From the human T2T-CHM13v2.0 reference genome, Homo sapiens, in the NCBI RefSeq assembly GCF_009914755.1, contig NC_060926.1: DNA of 64,000 bases; one strand, 5' to 3'. This document shows, piece by piece, positions 45,889-62,792 of the stretch (its first letter is position 1; each line of letters begins with the position of its first letter). The position numbers were made by a program, and so were the translations under genes. The notes under the pieces were generated by a model. The model did not search any database, was not told the origin of the DNA, and was given only the letters and a program-made list of their open reading frames with translations.

Positions 45889-46259
45889 AATATCCTTAAA
45901 ATATCAACTTCAAGGTTTGTGAAATAACCTTCCTGCCATAGCTGCATGAAGTCAAAGACCAGGGCTAATGACCATTTGACCATTCATAAATGGTATCTGT
46001 CAATTACTTAAGTCAGTGAAACTCACCCTAGTTTTTTTCCCTCCTCCTATCCCACCATGGGCTGGATTCTTCATTTCACATCCTACAAAAACTCAGCATA
46101 ATTTCCAGGTTTGAAATGGCAACTTTCTCTCTGTCTCCTACTGGCAGGGGCTTAATAAAGTGCCCCCGGCACTTTATCCAAATTAAATACAACATGAAGC
46201 TTTATCTTCAACACTTAAAAATTTCACCTAGGTATGTGGTTCTGGTAGAATCAACATAA

Positions 46260-46580
<321 letters not shown>

Positions 46581-46963
46581 CTATAAATATATTTTTCAAA
46601 TGTGAATCTACAAAAATCTTAACATGTATGCTATCTACATGTGTTACTTCAGAAAAAAATAAATATTCCTCCATACAAACTGTTGTCAAACTTCAAATGA
46701 GAAATATGACCAAAAACAGCTCTGGGGTAAAAGAGCACTAACAATTGCTCCCAAGATTAGAGGAAGAGATGGAACAGAAAAATAGGGAAGAGCAAATCCC
46801 TGAAAATTCTAAAAAAGAAAAGAAAAAAACCTACAAAATATATTGAGGTAATAGGCAGTTATTTTAATATAGACATAAGAGGATCCTATGAACTGAGAAC
46901 ACTTGCTTGATGTTCTGCTGCAGAACTTAGATCAGTACAAAAGTGAAGGCTTCCTCTTTCCAG

Positions 46964-47253
46964 TTTTCTTTTCTTTTTTTTTTTTTTTTTGAGACAGACT
47001 CTCGCTCTTGTCGCCCAGGCTGGAGTGCAATGTTGCGTCTCGGCTCACTGCAACCTCCGCCTGCCAGGTTCAAGCCTCCAGAGTAGCCGGGATTACAGGC
47101 ACGCACCACCACTCCCGGCTAATTTTTGTATTTTTAGTAGAGATGGGGTTTCACCATGTTGGCCAGGCTGGTCTTGAACTACTGAACTCAGGTGATCCAC
47201 GCCTTGGCCTCCCAAAGTGCTGGGATTACAGGCCTGAGCCATTGTGCCTGGCC
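46964..47253 (-). mobile_element. Alu (AluS-like, with a small internal deletion)
   Basis: Reverse Alu; TSD ctctttccagttttct. Confidence 0.94.
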
Positions 47254-47469
47254 CTCTTTCCAGTTTTCTAAGATAGTTCCACATACAAACATGTATATGT
47301 TCCTCGTATTTCCTCTATTTTATTGCTATAAAGCATGTTATTTTAGAACTCCATACTTGTTTAAATTCTACTTTCAATTTTGTTTGTGACAACATATAGC
47401 AATTTCTGCTATTAGGTATCCTGTATAAATGATCAATCTTACATAATTCTAAAAAACCCTAACGCTGCC

Positions 47470-47472
<3 letters not shown>

Positions 47473-47538
<66 letters not shown>
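47473..47538. repeat. Compound microsatellite (AG)17(TG)16
   Basis: Directly visible. Confidence 0.95.
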
Positions 47539-47539
<1 letters not shown>

Positions 47540-47645
47540 TCAATCTTACATAATTCTAAAAAACCCTAAAGCTGCAGAGAGAAACAGAAAGAGAGAGCAA
47601 CAGCGAGCGAGCAAGAGAGAGAGTGTGTGTGTGTGTCTGTGTGTG

Positions 47646-47801
47646 TTTTAAGAGACAGAGTTTTGCTCTGTCACACAGGCTGGAGTGCAGTGGCATGATC
47701 ATAGCTCACTGCAGCCTTGAAATCCTGAGCTCAAGTGATCTTCCCGCCTCAGCTTCCTAAGTAAGTAGCTGGGATTACAGGCAATGCTACCATGCCTGAC
47801 T
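47646..47801 (-). mobile_element. Alu right-arm fragment
   Basis: Reverse Alu right monomer. Confidence 0.85.
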
Positions 47802-48588
47802 AAAAGCTGAAGTTTTCATTGGCGTTCAGAAGGAGATCACTTGTTATATCCTAATAATGTAAACTAAACTACACCTAATGAACTAAGGCATTATAAGGAA
47901 CTTTAAATCTGCTCCAAGAATAATACAGAAGGGCAAAAAGAAAATAAAAGTTACCTTGAATACTACCATTCAGAGATAACTACTGTTAACATTTCAGAGT
48001 ACATAGTCTAGTCTTGTCAATGTATGGTGATACATAACTTTATAAATTATAAAAACATGACTCTATGACAATGAAAAAAAGAAGAAAAATATATAAATAG
48101 TATTACAACTTCCTCTAAAATGCAATTATCTAAATTCTGCCATATAATTAAATAGTAATGTCATTAAATAGATGTCATTTTTAACGGCTATATAGTACTC
48201 CATCATATAATTATTAATGGGCTTTTATCATCAATGAATATCTTTGGGACAAATCTTTGTGCAATATCTGTAATAAATTCCACAAGATGAACTTCTAGAA
48301 GTGAAACTGCTATATCAAAGTAAAGGCATATTTTAAGGCTTTCAATTTATATTGCTAAACTGCCCTCCAAATATACAGTATTGATTTCTACTTTACCAGC
48401 AGAGAAAGACCTCATTTCTTAATACCAACACAAACAGTGGATATCATTTTTTAACATTTTTGTCATATTAGTAAAAAAAACTAATTTTTAAGTTGCATAT
48501 CTTGACACACTAATGAGGCTGAACTTTTTCATATATATAATGGTTATTTGTAGTTCTATGTAAAATGCCTCCTCTGCCCAGCCCCCGC

Positions 48589-48878
48589 CTTTTTTTCAAG
48601 ATGAGGTCTTGCTCTGTCACCCAGGCTGGAGTGCAGTGGCATGATCATGGTTCACTACAGGCTCCACCTTCTCAGACTTGAGCAATCCTCCCACTTCAGC
48701 CTCGCAAATAGCTGGAACCACAGGTGTATACCACCATCTCCAGCTAATTTTTACATTTTTTGTAGAGACAGGATCTCCCTATGTTTCCCAGGCTGATCTT
48801 GAACTCCTAGGCTCAAGCCATCCTCCTGCCTCAGCCTCTCAAAGTGCTAGGATTACAGGCATGAGGCACTGCACCTGA
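48589..48878 (-). mobile_element. Alu (AluJ-like)
   Basis: Reverse Alu consensus. Confidence 0.92.
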
Positions 48879-50006
48879 TTCTTTGCCCATTTTTTTAAAA
48901 AAAAAATGTTAGTTAAAATTCTCTCACTTGAATATAGAATATAGGCTTTTTCTTATGACATGGATTTCTGATCGGGCACCTCGTCGTTAGGTTCCTAATA
49001 TAGTCCTAACTATTCATTTTGCAAATGAGGAGACTGAGGTCTGAAAGGGTAAAATGACTTATTCGAGGTCAAAAATGGGACAAAAATATTTCTCCTGCTA
49101 TTTTACGACTAACAACTATACAGAAATTTTATGTAAACCACTTTTAATAGTACAGAGAGACTTTTAGAATTTCTAGAGTTATTAGACAGGCTCATTACCA
49201 AATGGAATCATGTATTATAAAATGCCAATAAGAAAAGAGAATAATAAAGAAAAACATTTTAAGAAAAGATGAATAGAAGAAAATGGAAGAAATTAACCGG
49301 CAAAACACATCTTCCAACTTAAAATTCACATAAAAGTTAAGCCACCAGAGAAAACAAATATAGAGTGTCTGCACGGGAGGTAGCTCAGACAGGCTACCTG
49401 AGGGCAGCCCACTGCAGTGTCTGAGTCTAAGCAGAGTGAGAAAGATGTCCACTGGGAGATAGATGAGTTGAGGGTTGGGCTGGGAAAGGGGTGGTCAGCC
49501 CTGCATTTAATGTTGGAGTCTCAGAAGGATAAGAAAAGAAGGGAAGGCAGCCTGATGTGAGCTGTCAATGCCCAAGTGGGCTAAGGCGGCATCCACATGA
49601 AGTAAAGGATAGGAGTGGCACTAGTCCAGCACAGGGTGTCAGGACCCAAACAGGAAGACATCTACTTGATGGAGAGGAAAGGTGAGTGCCTAATGGCACC
49701 AGGCAATTCATTATGTAAATACGTGGATATTGATCAAATAAGTAAACATATCAAGGATGTGCTAGGTAAGAGTGAATTCATACTACAGTTGAAGGGAATT
49801 ATAAATATAGAATGAACCTTGGTATTAGATGACATTTGAAGATACTAATGGTAACTTATGGCTCTCAACATAAAGATACAGAAATATAGATGTTAATGTG
49901 TATATGCACGCATATGTGGTCATGTAGGTCCCTAGCTGTGTCCACTGAGAGGGCCTGGGAACACTGAAACCCCAATAAGCACACTTAGCATCCAGACTCT
50001 GGAGTG

Positions 50007-50399
50007 TGATATAGGTTGAATATATGTCCCTGCCAAATCTCATGGTGAATTGTAATCTTCAATGTTGGAGGTAGGGCCTGGTGAGAGGTGTTGGGGCAGA
50101 TCCCTCATGGCTCAGTGCTGTCCTCTCAACAGTGAATGAATACTCAGGAGATCTGATTTTTTAAAATTGTGTGCCCCCTGCAACTCTCTTCCTGCTCCTG
50201 CTCTCACCATGTTATGTGCCTGCTCCTGCTTTGCCTTCTGCCATGAGTAAATGCTCCTTGAGGCTTCCTGAGAAGCTGAGCAGATGCCAGTGCCATGCTT
50301 GTATAGCCTGTGGAACCAGGAGCCAATTAAACCTCTTTTCTTTATAAATTACCCAGTCTCAGGTATTTCTTTATAGCAATGCAAGAATGGCCTAATACG
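50007..50399 (+). mobile_element. MST-type MaLR solo LTR (MSTB-like)
   Basis: Typical MST start (ccaaatctcat...aattgtaatc) and end (attaaacctcttttctttataaattacccagtctcaggtatttctttatagcaatg...ctaatac). Confidence 0.85.
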
Positions 50400-51344
50400 G
50401 TGCGTAAATACCATTCTCCACCAAAAGGGACCTCAGCTCCTTGAAGAATTGGCTGATTCTAATTCAGCAGTACAGGATGGGTCTTGTAGTGGAAATAAAG
50501 AAGTCCTTCCTTACTTTCTGGCACAAGATATTCAAGACGCATCCTGTACTGCTGCCAGATTTGGCCAGAAAGTAAGAAAGGACTTAAATCTGGGATAATA
50601 TGATGATCAAAATAAATAATGATAGTAATGGATCACATCGTAAATAAAGAGGGTTCTATGAACCCATACTGATATAAAGGAATAAACTGAACATTTGATA
50701 AGAAATAGGATATTTATATCATCTCAAAGTATTATATCTCCCTATACAGCTTAATTACTAAGGGCAAAAGTAATTTACAGCACAAAAGCCTGGCAAACAT
50801 CACCTTAATCAAGTGATGTGACTTAACCCCACGAGAAATAAGAAAGATAAAATCATGTGCCACTGATAGAATGTAATAAGAATGTAACAGCATCACTTCT
50901 ATAATAGTCATGCCAAAGATATAGAACCTGTATCTAATAATGAAGAGTATTATATAACCCCAAATTGAGGTAAACTCTATAAATTCACTGGCATAATAAT
51001 CTCCAAAAGCACCAAAATCATTATAGTCAAGGAAACATTAAGGAACTGTTTCCGATTTTAAAAGACCAATGCGACATAACAAATAATTGCAACCTGAGAT
51101 TCTAGACGGAATCCTTTTTCTATGAAGTACATTATCAGAACAACTGGAAAAACTTAAATGTGACCTGCAGATTAGATAGTAGCAATATATCAATGTTAAC
51201 TTCCTGACTTTCATGGACATATTGTGATTTTGTAACAGAATGTCTTATTGTAGAACCCTTAAAGAGTTTTGAAGTAAAAAATAAAAACTTATAGAAGGAG
51301 TTTAAGTTGTATGTAAATAATATGCACTGTAATAATTCATTACA

Positions 51345-51684
51345 CAGCAGTCCTCCACTTATCTGCAGCTTCACTTTCCATGGTTTCAGTTACCCACAGT
51401 CAACAGCTGTCTAAAAATATTAAATGGACAACTCCAGAAACAAACAATTCATAGGCTTTAAACTGTGTACTGTTTTAAATAGAGTGATGAAATCGCATCT
51501 TCTTGCTCCATCCCACCTGAGATGTGAATTGTCGCTTCGTCAAGCACATCCAGGCTATATATGCTACCTGCTCATTACTACATAGGAAAAAAAATAGCAT
51601 GTATAGGGCTCAGTACTATCTACAGTCTCAGGCATCCACTGGGGCTCCTGAAACTTATCCTCCACAGATAACGGGGGAGTACTG
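51345..51684. mobile_element. MER44-like MITE (TcMar-Tigger)
   Basis: cagcagtcctccacttatctgc...cagataacgggggagtactg|ta terminal inverted repeats. Confidence 0.8.
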
Positions 51685-53242
51685 TATAACCATTATATAA
51701 TTAGCATCGATGTAGTTTGTAGCAGTAGTCATGAAAAAAACACTACAAGATATATTTATTCTCTAAGAACTCTGCTTGTTTTTTGTTTATAATTTTCATG
51801 CTATGATATATATCAAAGAATAGAAAAACTACATTCTGCACTGCAAGGTTAAGAGCAAATAAAATTATACTACAGTAGAATAATTTACAAATCAGAAGAC
51901 TCAAAGGGTGATATCATATAATCATTTATTCTATTAGCTCCTTGTTCCCTTTTTAAAATATGACATGTAGGTTAAGTCTGTTGAGGAAAAGGAAGATGCT
52001 TTAGGCTGTAGTATCAATATTCCCATGTCATTTTTAATTCTATCACTGAAGTGATTCACACGATAAAATATTTTATTTTCCTACATCCCTATCAAAAACA
52101 AATGAGGAAAGCAATTCACTTCATAGAAAATAGTGCTGTTAAATCAGTCTACAAAAATGGGAGGGAGCAAACACATTTCTGGTGACTAACGTTAGAAATA
52201 TCCGGATTCTAAAATATGAATTTGATCTTCTATTTAGTTGGTTATAGAACTATAAACATTGCAAACTCTTAACCTTTTAAGCACGTACTCAAGTTTCCAA
52301 ACAAGTTTCTAAAATATAGGTAATACTAAATGTTATAGATAATACATAGCACTCTGAGCATTTCCAATACAAATCATTTACTTTATAAAAGTTATTTGGA
52401 AAACATTTCACTACCTATTTTGTATCTAATACCATATTAAGAATAAAAGTTGCTTGATGTTACCATGGTTTTTATGAAAATACATAAACATTTTTTTAAA
52501 AAGAATAAGACATAGTCCCTGCCCTTAAAATCAGACTAGTAAGGAAGAGAAAAAGTGAAAATAGTAATTCAGTGATACATATAATAATAAAGACAGGCTA
52601 TGGGAACATAAATCAAAAGCATTCATATTCCCCTCTTAAAGAGCTTGATCTGCCAACATTGGAGAAAAGGGCAATCCTACATATCCATGATCCTGACATA
52701 CCTGCCTCAGGTAAACTAGGGGAGATACTGACCGAGTTAAGCCAATCAGACTACCTCTTCAGGAAATCTGTAGAAAGAAAAAATCAGTCACACAGAAGTG
52801 AGCATCAGAGATTCAAAATCATATTTTAGGACCGGTAGACATTTTCTGTCATGTTCTTACTGATAAAAAAAAAAACTAATAAAAGCCAGAATGGAGTAGG
52901 CACAGAAAAACAGAGGTGAGAAATCATGAAGGAAAATAGTTTCTGTGATGCCCAACTATGTCTTGTGATTGGATCCGAGAGTCTCCAGTACCATTAGTAT
53001 GAGTCCCACCCCCTCTTTTTACTTGAATTTATCTGATTGAGTTTCCATTCCCTAAATACCTAGCCAATCCTGGAGAGGGCCCTGAAATGCTACTAAAGGA
53101 AGTAATGCCTGAGTTGAGTTTTCTCAAAGCAAGAGGCATCAGCCATTCTGGGATATTTCATAAAGAGGAGACAGCATGTTGAGGCACAATAAAGCACAGT
53201 CCACTGAGACTCTGAGAACCTCTGATAGCTGAAGTGTGGGAC

Positions 53243-53870
53243 TGTAAACCAAAAATAAAATTCTAAGCCCCCCAACCAACAGACCCTTCCCTTGGCCCAG
53301 GGCATTCCAAAGTTAACCCGAAAAACTAGTTAAGGCCATGATGGGAAGTGGAGGTCCCACAGGCCTCATTTATACCCTCCTCCCGTTGAAATTCAGGCAC
53401 AGCTGACCAACATTAATATCAACACAGAGACCGTAAGATTGATAGAACAGACTCTTTAAGTCTGGTAAGAAACATTTACAGTCTATTCTCTTGCATGATA
53501 AAACCTTATTCTCTACAACCTCTTATCTTAACCCAGACATTCCTTTCTATTGATTCCAGGTCTTTAGATAGTAACTCTTTCAACCAACTGCCAATCAGAA
53601 AATCTTTGAATCCTATGAACTGGAACACAGCACCCCACCCCCCAAACTTCCAGTTGTCCTACCTTTCTGGACCCAATCAATGCACATTTTAAATGTATTG
53701 ATTGATGTCTTATGTCTCCCTAAAATGTATAAAACCAAGCTGTAGCCCAACCACCTTGGGCACATGTTCTCAGGGTCTCCTAGGTTGTGTCATTAGCCAC
53801 TGGCTACTCATATTTGGCTCCAAATAAATCTCTTCAAATATTTTATAGAGTTTCACTCTTCTCATCAACA
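53243..53870 (+). mobile_element. Solo LTR, MER4 group (ERV1)
   Basis: Starts tgtaaaccaaaaataaaattctaagcccccc and ends aataaatctcttcaaatatttta...tcaaca. TSD-like ggac/ggat. Confidence 0.8.
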
Positions 53871-55846
53871 GGATAGAAGATTAAGACAGTAAGACCAGAG
53901 AGATATCCAAATCTTGAAAGGCCTTTAATAACATGGTAAAATGTTTGGATTCCACCATTACCTGCCCTTCCACCATCCTTCCTTCCCTTCCCACTGCCCC
54001 AAGGTTATATAAGCTATGGCCCTGGGTCAAAGTGCTGAGTTCTTCACACTTTAAAATTGTTAAAGGTGGGGGCGGGGACACAAAGAAGACTATGCAACAG
54101 AGATCACATGTGGTTCCCACAAGGTCTAAAATATGTATGATCAGTCTCCCAGTCTCCCACTCCCCCATTAAAGAAAAAGTTTGTCTAACTCTGTAGTAAG
54201 AAATTGAAACATTTTAAGTACGTGAACTAAATCAAGAGGAGGATTTTTGCAAGATCACTAATAAAAGTATAGAAGATGGGCAGCACACTATGCATAAGAA
54301 AACTGGCAAAAAATGACAAAAATAAGAGGTAAATCTAAACAACAACAACAACAAAACAAAGAAAACTGGCACAAGCTACTGCTAAGTTGAAGGGAGAATA
54401 ATGGTCTGAACTAAAGCAGTACTATCAAAATGAGAGTCAAGGATCAGTTATGAAAAAAACAAGCAGCTCACAGGATAGTCTCAAATGCTTAACATTGTTT
54501 CTAGACCCTTGCATGGACTGACCACTACCTCCTAACCAGTCTTAGGCTTCCCCTTAATCTCTGGCTCTAGCTATGCAGGCTTTTAATCAGTTTCCTCCCT
54601 TATATCATCCATTTCCCATTCATCCATTCCTTTCTTAGTCAACACCACTAACTTCCGAGCTTCTTCCATCTACTACTCCCCTACCCTCAAATTTGGATCT
54701 CTCATTTACCCCATCATTCAGTCAATAAACATTATTGAGCACATGCAATAGGGTAGGAATGTGCTAGACTTCAGGGTATGATGACACAGACACAGTTCCT
54801 GACCTAATGGAGCTTATATTTTATGATGACTGCTTCTAGTAAACTTGATCATTTAAGTTAGTCAAGCAGCTTAAAATTATTTAATGCAGGTATCACAGAG
54901 TAAGAAAAAATTATCAAGTGTTATCACCCATTCTGCTTTATACTTGCTTTAAAATTTTTTGCTTTTTAAATATATAAATGTATTGACAGATTTAAATTAT
55001 TTTCCGAATTTTTGTCAAAATTAGAATAACTATACTTTTATGCATAGTTCCTCTTTTGATGTGAACCTCCAGATCCAGGTGTGACAAAAAACCCAATCTG
55101 CTTGTATATTTTGATATATCTAACAAAGTCTATCACTATGTTTTGAAAGATTTTGTACGCCAGACTACATTTATTAAATTGGTATTTTCCTTCCATATTT
55201 AGAAGCTACATCCCCAAACTGTAAATGGCTTGAGATTAGAAAAAAAAATTTTTTTTTACTTTATACTCTAATATCACCATTCTGTGGCTGGCACACAGTA
55301 TTCAATAAAGGTATGTATAAGGGACTGTATAACTTCCAATTAACGTTTCTGATCAGCATGAGACAACTGTGGTAATAAACTTAGTTGATATCATTCAATT
55401 AGAAAGCAAATAAATTTGACATTTTCATTAGCTTGTACGGCCCTAGAGTGGGTAAACTTTTTGCCCAAAATATTTTTGAAAGACAGAAAATACCTCAGAT
55501 TAGTTTATATTATTATTCTTAGAAGAACTGAGACCTTTATATCGGAACCCTTTGCTAAAGAGGGGTCCCTAGTCAGATAAATTTAGGAAACTCTATGTTA
55601 AACAAAATTAAATATTTAACCTAAGTCCTCATTGTGCTTTTATATGCTCACATTCATTCTATCTCCAAAAGACATTTCCAAATTTGCTGAATCTCAGCAT
55701 CTTTTTTTACTAAACACTATCAATACGGTAGGACTTCAGCATTCTGAAGACAACTGTCTGGAAACATCTACTAAATTCGGTAGTATTTGAAAGATAATCA
55801 CAAAATGAAAAGAATACTTTTATGTTAAAAGCTTAAAATCTCTTAC

Positions 55847-55945
55847 CTTTCTAGCTGGTGGGCCATGAGCTTTATTTACTCTGCTTCCAGGAATACCTTA
55901 GCTGTTATCAATAAGCAGTCCTTTCTCAAGTTTCCATCTAGTACC
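55847..55945 (-). other. ATF2: ATF2 5'UTR exon (probable exon 2, 99 nt)
   Basis: Minus strand: polypyrimidine tract ctctttttccctaag|GGTACTAG acceptor and GAAAG|gtaaga donor. Lies upstream of the ATG exon and matches my recollection of the ATF2 mRNA leader. Confidence 0.85.
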
Positions 55946-56423
55946 CTTAGGGAAAAAGAGAGGCAGAAAAGAGTGAACTTATTACCATGTGGGATCTAAA
56001 TTAATAGCCTCTTGTATTTCAATTCCATAGAATTTTTAAAAATGTTTTCTTAATATTTCAAAAATGTATGTAAATTTTGCCTCCCATTCCATGTTTTTCA
56101 ATATAAAACTTAAGGTTCTCCCTCCAAATTGTCAATGCTCCAGGAAGATGTTTATCCTGTAGCCTCCCGTAACTCCTGGCATATTACCACCTATTAGAGG
56201 TATTAACAATTTCAAGGATGGAAGTAAGGCAATGAAACCTTGGTGAAAGTAGAAAAATGAAAGAGGAGGAGTCATAGATAACAGGTGAAATGTCAGTGCT
56301 GAATTTGAGCATCAAAATTTTTAGAGTGGAGATTAACAGTTTTTCTTATGTCATTGCTGCACAATAAAACCCATGGGACCCAGTCTATGTGCTTATTTGG
56401 AAAAAGCTTGACTTTTAAATATA

Positions 56424-56927
56424 TGTGTATCAGTTAGGATTAGGTTCAGCTGTTAATGATAGAAAACTCAAAATAACAACGGAATGACAGAACACTCAAA
56501 ATAACTGGCTTAAATGATTCAGAAGTTTATTTCTTTCACAAAAAAACATAGGCAATCCAGAACCATGATCGCCTGGAACCAAGGGTCCTTATATTTTGTT
56601 GGTCTGCCATCCTCAACATGTGGCTTCTCCTTCATGGTTTTAAAAATAACTGTTCAAGTAAGTTCTAGCCATCACATCTGCTGATCAGACAGCAAGATGA
56701 GAAAAAGGAGATAAGCAATAGCCTCCCTTTAAGGAAATTTTTCAGAAATTTCACAGGAAACTTTTATTTACATTTCATGGCTTAGAACTTAATCATATGA
56801 CCATAGCTATCGGGGGGATAGGAAATATGTCCTTTATTTCACCATATGCTTAAGAACTGGAGCATCTACCAATAAGAAAAAATAATAGGAGGAATATTGG
56901 CAGACAATTAGTTGTTTCTGTCCTCAT
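56424..56927 (-). mobile_element. Old ERVL/MaLR LTR (LTR33/MLT1-like)
   Basis: tgtatcagttaggattaggttcagctg...aaaataac..tggcttaaa...gaagtttatttct motif. Confidence 0.55.
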
Positions 56928-57810
56928 ACTTATTTCATTCTAAAATGTAAGATGTCCAGATACCTCATGGAGATGGCTTGGCAAACTACTAAAGAGAGTT
57001 TTCGAAAGCAGAAGGTCCTGTCAGGAGCCAAGACTAACATTCATAAGGACTTCTTTAATATGTAAGGCTAATCTATAGGTGACAAAAGAAAGGAAAAATA
57101 TGAAGACCAGAATGACAACATAAGAGCAAAGAAACAACCTAAATTGTTGTAGTTTGGAAAGGTAAACTCACATACTCAGTCTACAAAACTCAGAAATGAC
57201 TGCTCAGAATCATTATGTAAATAAATGGTGTGGTCAAGGTGAGAATGAGTAAGAACCTGGCAGAAAGCTCAGTTACCAACCGCATTAAGAAAAGGCACAA
57301 TATTCAAAGAGAAAGACACTTTTCTCTACGTTTTCTCAGTGCTGAGCTTCCATTACCAGGTCATATAGGTATTGGGAGATTTCCCTATTGTGCAGAATGT
57401 TGGAAAGAAGGGTTGCACTTAACTTTGATTTCCTGACACTTTCAAGATTGCTTGAAACATGTTTAAATATTTAATATGTTTAAAACACTGTTGTATCAGA
57501 AACTAAAAACTCATTTCAAAGCTGGCAACAAAATTATGCTTTATATACAGGCTGTTCCTTAAGGGAAAAAGGACCCAAATAGTATATTCAGCCATACAAA
57601 TGTAAAATAGGGACTACAAAAATGGAGCAGCAATTCAAAGGACAAATGGCTCTGTGGGATAATGTAAAGGACCACATCTTCTTGATAGAGATAAATTTCT
57701 GCAAATTGTTTCTTTCAGAGAAATGTTTATTTTTAAAGTATGGCTTCGGGTTTTCCTATTTGTATAGAGATATTTGGGTTCTTATTTCAGCAGTTACTCA
57801 CAAAAGACCA

Positions 57811-57843
57811 GGTACAAAAGTAATTGCGGTTTTTTCCATTAAA
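57811..57843 (+). mobile_element. MADE1/Hsmar1 terminal inverted repeat fragment
   Basis: ggtacaaaagtaattgcggttttttccatta versus consensus ggtgcaaaagtaattgcggtttttgccatta. Confidence 0.75.
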
Positions 57844-58082
57844 TACAATACCCTAAAAAACTGGAAGACAAACTGGTATTGTCATTTCAAGCAAAAAGAA
57901 ATAAGATAGCCAGTTGTAACTGGCCTGTATAGCTTATGTCTTAACACATGCAATGTTAAGATAATCACCCAGACTTTGAACAACATTAAAAATAACATCC
58001 TTTTTTTGTAACTTGAAAGGCACAGATGTAAGGAGCCTCTGCTTTGCCCCCACTACCTGACTTATTGTAGACGTCTTTCTTA

Positions 58083-59557
<1,475 letters not shown>

Positions 59558-60759
59558 ATATTTGGATATCACTAACCTGTGGGTAGAATCTCTGCTGAAA
59601 TGTGCAAACACTGCTAATGGCAAATTTCCTGGTAAGAGCCAAATACTGTGACAAGAAACAGGGCCCAAAAAGTAGGCATCAGTATGAGAAAGGAATTAAT
59701 CCTCTCTTGGGCATGGCCTCAAAAGTGTGTAACAGATGCAAGGGCAATCCTGGGTGGTGGAGAGAAGTTAGCTTCTGTCCCTGTGGGAGGACAGGAGGTA
59801 GGCAGGAGGTGGACAGTCTTTCAAGGAGGCAGTATGGGATACAGACAAAGTGGGGTATGTATTACTAAAGGTACACACTAAGGCTTTCCAAGGGATACTT
59901 GAGCAAGACAAGTTTTAAGAAAATCAGCTTCTGTATCTTCATCTTCCCTTTGTTTGCTTTCCCAAAGATGATCTGCCTACTTTCCCAGAGCCCTCATTCT
60001 CCCACTTTTCACAAGAAATCCATACCTATCCCCATCCCAAATCTTATTAGAATGAGTTGCCCTAGGTTGTAGAAGCTTCCATGGAACAAAACAAATGGAT
60101 AATTTAAAATAAGAGTGCCTTAAAACCTCCATTAATCAAGACACCATTAACCCTCAAGCTTCTGGCTTTCCCTGTCTTACAAATATTTCTATTAAAGGCA
60201 AAGCATAGCTTTAAGAATTGGTGTTCTGCTTTGTGTTTAGGAATTCAGATATACTTTATTGTATAGTGTGATGACAGAAAGAATAACAATTTTCATTTAA
60301 TGATTACCTCTTCCATTGTGGAAATACCATACAAAAATGCATTGTCCAGAGAGGGAGTTCCGCAAGAATGAAGAAATCAGTAAAAAATTTTGAAAAATTA
60401 AATGTATATTTGCTACAAACAAGTATGACAGAGTCATTAATAAAGAATTTTAAAACATTAAAATACATTGGATTCAAATAAAATTATGTTGGAGAAGTCG
60501 AAAGAAAATAAAGTTTAATAAGAAAAAGGGACGCTGAAAACTTCCAACTGTGAAATGAATTAATTCAAGCTTGTTTTTTAAAACCAATGACAGCATCAAA
60601 TCACTATGATATTTAGGTACTTATAAAAGTGGTGTATCTGGAAAAAACAGAAATTATATTTTTTTCAACAATTTCAATCTATGATGAAAATTGTAGGAAT
60701 CAACTTTAAAATGTACAAGGGTAGAGAATTTATCAAGTTTCTTTTCAGGAGTATATGAG

Positions 60760-61686
<927 letters not shown>

Positions 61687-62463
61687 GTAAGAAGAGTTGT
61701 AAGGTACCAGGAAGATGGACTTGTGCCCCACGACTTCAACAGCAGCACCACCTTATAGACACAGGGTATTTTTTTTCTATTTTTGTAACATTTTACATAA
61801 CTCATAAAACAGCATTTGTATAAAAATTCACATAAAGTTTCTAAAGGGCATACAATTTCCAGCAATGTCCTGGGTTTTCGTGAAATTCAGTTTTCTAAAG
61901 ATGCACTCAAATCAATGGCAAAATGCAGACATTATGCAATATTTCATTGTCTTTGGTAAAACTATTCTCATTATTTTGTCTCCTCACAGTATTAACTCTG
62001 AAATCCACTTTGTGCAGGATCTGCCATTACTAGGATGTCAGAAAAACAATAAGGCTGGATCTGTAAGAGGCAAGTTATTTCCAAACAGCAGTAATAGGAC
62101 CTTGGCCCCCATCCCCACTTCATGTATCTATGCAGTCTATCTACACAGCCACGCAGGGTGAGAGCTCACAATGACCAATCAGGAGTCTTGAGATCCCCTC
62201 TCGATTGGGCAAGAAGCAAACGTCTGGGAGGAACATTGGAAACTGAGGCCATCTCTACAGGAACCCAAGTGGCCATGCTGTGGTGTGGTCAGGCCAGCGA
62301 CTCTTACCAATTAAACAGCCAATATGTTCACCACTAAGTAGATCCTATTGATTGGTTGATGATTGCTGCTGATGTGGCCCCTTTCCCACAAACATAAAAA
62401 AATAAAGGGAAGATCTGGGGCCAACACTGAAGGGGGAGGGGCACGCTAGCACAATGACACTAG

Positions 62464-62792
<329 letters not shown>

